Notes under the pieces: generated by a model | What the model was told of the DNA's origin: nothing | Databases searched by the model: none | What the model saw: the letters and a program-made list of their open reading frames with translations, nothing else | Position numbers and translations under genes: made by a program | In this document: positions 56,875 to 64,000 of the stretch, in pieces | Position numbering within the stretch: position 1 is the first letter of the stretch | How the letters are laid out: each line of letters begins with the position of its first letter | DNA from: Eledone cirrhosa | Taxonomy: Eukaryota | Assembly: GCA_964016885.1 (NCBI GenBank) | Contig: OZ024742.1 | Coordinates: forward strand, 139,004,001-139,068,000 | Length of the DNA stretch: 64,000 nucleotides | Reading direction: 5' to 3'

Positions 56875-56951
56875 TAATGTGTGGTGACAGTCAAGTTTGC
56901 AATTTTCAACTGTTGAAAATTGCAAACTTGACTGTCACCACACATTATGAA
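56871..56951. repeat. Perfect palindrome, 40-bp arms with 1-nt centre
   Basis: TTCATAATGTGTGGTGACAGTCAAGTTTGCAATTTTCAAC-T-GTTGAAAATTGCAAACTTGACTGTCACCACACATTATGAA. Confidence 0.97.
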
Positions 56952-56956
56952 TATAG

Positions 56957-57008
56957 AATAATTAGCCGTCGAAACGGCTTGAGCTCAGCTGTCGGGGTCT
57001 TACTGGTT

Positions 57009-57046
<38 letters not shown>

Positions 57047-57225
57047 GAAGGAGTTGTGGTAAGGAACCAGATGGACCATAACGCACCAGAGTACTCCTTA
57101 ATACTTAGGGTAGTAGAGTGGGTAATGGGAAAATGTATGACCCCGACGGCAGAGCTCAAGCCGTTTCGACAGCTATTTCTGGACTAAATTAGAATTTTTA
57201 GCCTCGTGTCGAGGTCATACATTTT

Positions 57226-57294
<69 letters not shown>

Positions 57295-57515
57295 CGAAGG
57301 AAATGTGGTAAGGAACCAGGCGGACCATAACGCACCAAAGTACTCAATACTTAGGGTAGTAGAGTGGGTAATAAGAACAAGTAGGACCCCGACGGCTGAG
57401 CTCAAGCCGTTTCGACGCCTAATTCTGGACTAATTCGTCCAGAATTAGCCGTCGAAACGGCTTGAGCTCAGCCGTCGGGGTCCTACTTGTTCCTATATAT
57501 ATATATATATATATG
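56957..57515. repeat. Cluster of direct and inverted copies of a ~55-bp and a ~80-bp module separated by (TA)n
   Basis: AATTAGCCGTCGAAACGGCTTGAGCTCAGC..TCGGGGTC at 56960 and 57443 (+), 57139 and 57385 (-); AACGAAGG..GGTAAGGAACCAG..GGGTAGTAGAGTGGGTAAT twice. Confidence 0.85.
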
Positions 57516-57897
57516 TAACCTGATTAGTTTTTTCGTAGTTTTTGATATTGTCTACCTGCCGCCATTTTCAATTTGTCAAGCTGTCTAAACGTATGTTATT
57601 ACTCTAAGGCCTACTACCTTATTGTGTGCTTTGCTGCTTATTCCTAATTGTAGGTCGTTAGCTTGGCCACAGCCAAAGCTTCGATTTTACTAAGCTTCCA
57701 CTTGTATATATATATATATATATATATGCACATACAACATATATATATATATATACAATATGTGGTGTGTAACTTTAAGTTGCTATTGGTTCACCAGTTT
57801 GACCAATCAATGTCTATGTGGGTCTGGTTACTGATGTGGTATAGCACATTTCGTGTTACACTGTAATCAGTATCATTAAATCCTTAATAAGTAGTGT

Positions 57898-59590
57898 TAA
57901 TAATAAAATAATAATAATAATAATAATGTTTTCTTTATTAACCACAAGGGTTTACATAAAGTAGACATTAAGGACAGTACAGGACAATACAGGACGGTAC
58001 AAATGGGAATTTCTGCGTGTAAAAAAAACAGAGGATGTAATAAAATAACAAAGAAAAATTCCCCAATAGGGGGGAAACTTCCGAGGGACATTTGTGGAGA
58101 AAGCCCATTAAAAGACCACAGTGACCCTGACCACCAGGACAAGTGCCCTCTCCCAGTTTTCCACCTTTAATTTACAGACACATACTCAGAGAAGGCCCAT
58201 TCATTCGGGCCATACTTGCTTCTCTCACCCATCTTTCAACAAAATGCTGGGAAGAGAGCACTTCCCTCTCTACCCTGATTTTCCTTTTCAAATGAAATTT
58301 GAAAAAGTTGATCAGGGCATCACCGAAGAGGTAAGTGCTCGTCTTCAGCCCTTTCAAACGTGTCCACCATACTATCACTTTCGCCATGGCCACCAGACAG
58401 ATAAAAACTGCCTGCCCTTCCCGGCTAAAGGAAGAGGGCGGGGCAATCCTCACGATGGACTCAGCTGATAGCTGGATCCGTCCTACACGTGACAGCAGGT
58501 TTTCGACATAAACCCACAAGTCAGCAATGCTCGGACACTGGACGAGTGCGTGCAGGACGGTTTCGTCGCCCTGTGCGCATCTCGGACATGCCCGGCTGAC
58601 GGCACCTCCATGCCTGTAGAGTTTATCCCGAACTGGCAAAGCTCCCCGGTAGCACTGCCAGGCCAGGGATTTCTGGAAGTTGTCCATAGGCCCCGGCCCG
58701 AAAGTCCTTCCGAAGAGATTGGCTAGTTGATTTTCGTCGACGCCTAGAGTTTCTCCAAGTACGTCGTCGCTCTTCCCCTCCACTAATCCCCTATAGAACG
58801 CCAAGGTGGAGTTTCCACTGATCACATTGCCCGATTGGTCGAGGGCTGTGAGCGCCTGAAGACATTCCAGTCTCCAAGCGCTCCCTCTCGGTCTTCGCTT
58901 GACCCAGGACTGCAGCTCCGTCAAGGAGACGAGCTGGGGAAAAACGTGTCTAGCAAACGGCGACCACACCTGATCACCGTCGAGGAAGAGGTGGAGATGT
59001 CGTAGCCTGAGCGCGTGTCTGCGCATCATCAGCCACGGCATACCCAGCCCTCCACGTAGCGGGTGTTGACAGCAGATGGACCGCCTGACCATCAGAGCGC
59101 GTCCCTTCCACAAGAAGCGAAAGAGCAAACGCTCCAGCGCAGTCAGGCGGCGCTTAGAACATGGTACGACGGTCAGGTGGTAGTAGATGACGGACGCGAT
59201 GTACGCGTTAGCCACCTCCGCTCGACCTTTCAGGGATAGCTTCCTCTCCGCCCATTTCTGGATGAGAGAAGCCACCCTGCTCGTCACCTCGTCCCAGTTT
59301 TTGTCCGTCTGGAGGTCTGGACCGAACCAGACCCCTAGCAATTTAACCGGTCCGTCCGTCCAGCGCCCGACGACGCTGTTGGACGGCATGGACCTGCCTC
59401 TCCAGGTGCCGAGCTGCAGGCCCACTGACTTTTCCTGGTTGATCATTGCTCCTGTCACCGCTTCGTATTCTCTTAGTGTAGTGCCGATCGCCTCGATGTG
59501 TTTGGCGTTCGACACCACTACGGTGACATCGTCCGCATATGCTGACACGGATCTTCCGCATCCTAGTTCGCGCGGGACCCCCCTCAACGT
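57898..59590 (-). mobile_element. Tx1 copy F: RT C-terminal half to 3' tail; open 471-aa frame
   Basis: ORF 58172-59587 AYADD...CPRCAQGDETVLHALVQC; AATAAA and (ATT)n tail. Confidence 0.95.
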
Positions 59591-59806
59591 TATGCAGCAT
59601 TCGGCAACAAACCTACCCTATCCAGTGCATGTCGCAGATCACCTCCCAACAAGTTAAGTAGTACCATGTAGTCTGCAAATTCCAACCGATTGATCCTACA
59701 TTCACCAGTCTTAATACCACTTCCACCCCTATGAAAGTGGGACTGAAACAATCAATTATAATTCTGATTGTTAAAACTAATTTGTTTTATGATTTATTAA
59801 ACGTTA

Positions 59807-62800
59807 TCTATATATTAATTTCAATAATAATAATAATAATGTTTTCTTTATTAACCACAAGGGTTTACATAAAGTAGACATTAAGGACAGTACAGGACAA
59901 TACAGGACGGTACAAATGGGCATTTCTGCGTGTAAAAAAAACAGAGGATGTAATAAAATAACAAAGAAAAATTCCCCAGTATTCCGTGTGTCATAATTCT
60001 TGATTATCATTGGTTCGTAGGTTTCAAACGACTCCGCCCACATCAACGACGCCAGACTGAAATTAATATGCATAATGCCAATGAGGGAGTGAAAGGGGAG
60101 AGTGTGAACGCTGTGTTGGATACACTATGTATATGTGTCAGTGTAGAGACATGTGTGTGTGTTATGTGTGTGGAAATAAGTGGGGAAGGAAAGCAATAAC
60201 TATTAACATATGTGCGTGTGTATATACGTGCGCGTATGTTTATGTGTGTACGTGCGTGCAGCGTTCCACAGAAAGTAAAAACTATCAACATGTGTATGTG
60301 CGTGTGTAAGTTTGCGTGCGTGTGCGCGTTTCCATGCGTGTATGTGTGTGTACGTGGGGCGTTCCACAATTGCAACGCAGTTTATCTGTCTGTGTGCCTG
60401 TCTGTTAGTCTAACATACTCAGAGTTGTGAAGGGAGTAAATAGGGACCTTTTTTTTTACATTGACGGACATCTTTTATATTTATTATTGTGTCATTTTTT
60501 GACAATTGCTCGAAATGAATTCTGATAATAAAAGCAATTCGACTTTATCAAACAATGAACTACAGCGGCGACGGCGTGCAGCCAGGAATGAAGAAAAACG
60601 GGCCGAACAGCGCCATCGGAACGCCGAATTTCAGAGCCGAAGACGTGCCGCTATGAATGAAGAGGAGCTGACTGAACAACGCCAACGAAACACTGGAGCC
60701 AGGCTGCGACGGCGTGCTTCGATGGCTGAAGACGAACTGGCTGAGCATCATCAGCAGATGGCCGGAAATCAACTGCAACGGCGTGCTGCGATGGATGAAG
60801 AGGAGCTGGCTGAACAGCGCCAGCGCAATACAGAAGTTCAGAGAATGTGTAGCCAAAATGCTCCTCATTCCAGTAAAGAGGCTAGAAGGCGAACGGATGA
60901 TATTAAAAATGGATCATGGCAACCGTGTCATTTTCAGATTGGTGGACGAGCAGAGTGTCCACATTGTGGAGCATTGCTTTGGAGGCACGAAAAGACGTGG
61001 ACCACAATGTGCTGTCATAAAGGAGCAGTTCAACTAGAACCCTTGCGAATACCGGATGATGAGGATTCACCGGACTTTAAAATATTAAGTATGTGGGGTG
61101 ATCAAGGAGACCGAGGTAGATTACTGCGCAAATATTCGCGGCAAATTAACAATCCATTAGCTTTAGCATCGCAGAGAGTTAGTGAGATGTTTGAGAGTGG
61201 AGCATGGCAACCGAATGTAGTCATTCAAGGCCGTTTGTATCATTGTATCGGTAATTTAGAAGTTACCCCAGGAGAGAGGCCTCGATTCGCTCAAATTTAT
61301 TTTAACGATCCAGATTATAGTGAATAGGAGGAGGATATCAGGATCGGTTGGATGAAGTTGCCGGGAAATATAACTGAACTTGAACGGCAAAGGTTAAATG
61401 ATTTGATCCGTGATTTGCAATCATGGCTTAGACAGTGTAATCCTTATGTTATGGATTTCTTGTTGGTGGCTGAACTGCAAAATGTTCAGCAGCAAACATT
61501 GGTGATTAAGACTGACGCAGTGCCAAGGAATTAACACGAACGGCGATATAATGCCCCTGAAGTATTTCGTGAAGTTGCTGTGTTGATGGACGATAAGCCT
61601 GGATCGAGAGATATCGTCCTCAATCGCAGAGATGGTGGTCTCAAGACTATCAATGAGTCAAATAGGGCATACGATCCATTGCATTATGTTCTTTTATTCC
61701 CAAAAGGTGAAAATGGATGGAACATGTCTGTTCATTTAGATGATCATGAGAATCAGCATCAACAGGGAGGCGGCAATAAACACAATAATTCGATTCGCCA
61801 CATTTACGCGTTCCATTTGAACGAGAGGAATCAACAGAGAATTGCGCTATTTCAAGCCAGCAGATTGTTCCAGGAATACTGTTGTATGGCATTCGCAAAG
61901 ATCGAAAATCAAAGGCTAAATTATATAGCTACACATCAGCAACATATCAGAGCTGAATTGTATAATAATATACAGGATGCGATAACAGCCGATGATGCCA
62001 ATTACAAGCAAATTGGTCGACGCATCATTTTGCTATCGTCGTTCATCGGCGGCCCGAGATATATGAACATTCGCTATCAGGATGCAATGGCTATTGTCAG
62101 AAAGTTTGGAAAGCCAGATTTGTTTATAACGGTTACATGCAATCCTGAATGGACTGATATTAAGGATGCACTTTTGCCAGGACAACAGCCAAAGGACCGT
62201 CCTGATATTGTGGCAAGAGTATTCAAAGGATATCTGAAAAAGATAATGGATGATGTGGAAAAAGGGGTATGGTTATGATGAAATAGGGGTATGGTTATGG
62301 CCCAATTGGTGTTCAAACCAGGATCAAATGTTCCCCCCGGTCTGACGACGACCTCTGAATGTGGAACCCAGAGCCTATGAATGTGGAACTCGATTTTTTA
62401 CCAATAAAAATTTTGCCAAATTTTTTATTTCTTGTCCAATTATTTAAAGTTTTATCTTAGTTTCTTGTCCTATTCTTTTAAAGTTTTATCTTAGTTTCTT
62501 GTCCTATTCTTTTAAAGTTTTATTTTAGTTTCTTGTCCTGTATTTTTAAAGGTTTATATTCCAACAATATTACTTTTTTTTGCTGTACGTATTTTTCTAT
62601 CTGGTTTCAAATGTTTAAGAGATTTCAATTTGCCAATTCCTAATGAAGAAATGCGGCAACGCGTCTTACCATTGAACATTAGATTGCAGTTTAGACGGTT
62701 GCCACTCGATCGGAGGGAACTATTCCAGTTTGATCCACCGGAACAGCAACGTATTGTGGATGAACGTATGCCAATGTTGACCCAATTTCAGAGAGAATTG

Positions 62801-64000
62801 GTCGATGGCGTTCTCCACTCGATTTCTACTAATGAGCAATTTTGTGCTTTCATAGATGCTCCAGGAAGCACCGGAAAGACATTCTGTTTCAACACTATGT
62901 TATCAGCAGTCAGAGCTCAGAGGAAGATTGCTCTCCCTGTGGCCACCAGTGGGATCGCTGCCACTTTGCTGAGTGGTGGGAGGACCTTCCACTCATGCTT
63001 CAAGGCTTCATTGGCTCCGGATGAGTTGAGTGTAACATTACAGGACAACGTGAACTCGCGATATGTCTCTGATTATTTGGGACGAGGCTCCAATGGCACA
63101 CAGATATTTGCTGGAGGCATTGGACAGAACTTTGAGAGATATCTGCGGTAGTGACCTGCCATTCGGTGGTAAGACTATCGTTCTTGGTGGCGATTTCAGA
63201 CAGGTTCTACCAATTGTTAGGAATGCTCAAAGAGCGCAAATTGTCGATGCATGTCTGAAAAAGTCCCCGTTGTGGCGCCATTTCAGAGTTTTGCGATTAC
63301 ACGATAATATGCGACTTCGTATGTTCGGGTAAAACGAAGAGGCTGAGACATACGTCCGATGGTTGATGTAGTTGGGAAACGATGAATTGCCACACGTTGG
63401 TGATAATCAGACTGTAAGAATCCCAGACCATTTGGTCATGCCACTGGACCGCCAAGCATTGATTGACTGGGTGTTCCCTAATTTGAATGCTTTTTGGCAG
63501 AATATCTCCTGGATATCGGAACGCGTTATTCTAACTCATACGAATGCAACAGTCGATGAAATAAATTCGCAAGTAGCCGGAATGTTTCCTGGAAAGGAAT
63601 GGTTGACCGTCAGTGCGGATGCAATGGAGCCTAATCAGCAGAACAATCTGGATGTTCCCACTGAGTATCTGAATTCACTTCAAATATCCGGATTTCCCCC
63701 CAAATATTTTGAGGTTGAAAAAGGGTATGCCGATTATATTGCTTAGAATTATCAATCATACAATGGGTCTTTGCAATGGTACCAGATTGATTGTTGAGAG
63801 ATTGATTAACGGAAGAGTTTTAGAAGCTAAACTCCCAGGCAGAGAGGAATCAGTTCTCATTCCGAGGATTATGCTGAGACCAAGTGAAGATCTGCTGGCA
63901 TTCATTTGGCAAAGGAGACAGTTTCCCGTCAATTTGACCTTCTCCATGACTGTCAACAAGGCACAGGGACAGATTTTCAAGTGAGTCTGTGTCTACTAGA
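59807..64000 (+). mobile_element. Helitron with decayed RepHel gene (zinc finger, Rep motif I, PIF1 helicase); internally deleted, runs off the window
   Basis: CPHCGALLW..CC; PRFAQIYFNDP; YDPLHYVLLFPKG; KFGKPDLFITVTCNP; DAPGSTGKTF; IIWDEAPM; GGDFRQVLP; LCNGTRL; RRQFPV..MTVNKAQGQ; putative 5' end A|TCTATATATT at 59807 (less certain). Confidence 0.93.
59823..59978 (-). mobile_element. Tx1 3'-end fragment (copy H)
   Basis: Near-identical to 57910-58065. Confidence 0.9.

Overview
Eukaryotic, AT-rich, repeat-dense animal DNA. The SINE and RTE repertoire looks octopod-like; that is an inference, not a database result. Bases 1-10087 are a C/A-rich 27-bp satellite followed by a 200-N gap. The 10.3-31 kb stretch holds three small minus-strand coding exons of an ankyrin-repeat gene that the ORF track misses, an ETS-type promoter and a candidate divergent spliced non-coding transcript, all among SINE, RTE, CR1, CRE and MITE relics. 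The 32-60 kb stretch is a stack of degenerate Tx1/L1-clade LINEs (gag-knuckle ORF1; APE-RT-zinc-finger ORF2) sitting in (ATT)n or (ATCT)n tracts, and includes a twin-primed inversion and an apparent ~10 kb inversion. A minimal hammerhead ribozyme lies near 56.85 kb, and an internally deleted Helitron runs from ~59.8 kb to the end. The most interesting signal is splicing-related. All four Tx1 ORF1/ORF2 junctions carry a consensus 5' splice donor on the ORF1 stop, the 3'UTRs carry acceptor-like sites, and one copy is an ORF1/ORF2 chimera joined exactly at donor|AG-acceptor positions. This suggests LINEs that use splicing and may swap ORF1 modules through it.
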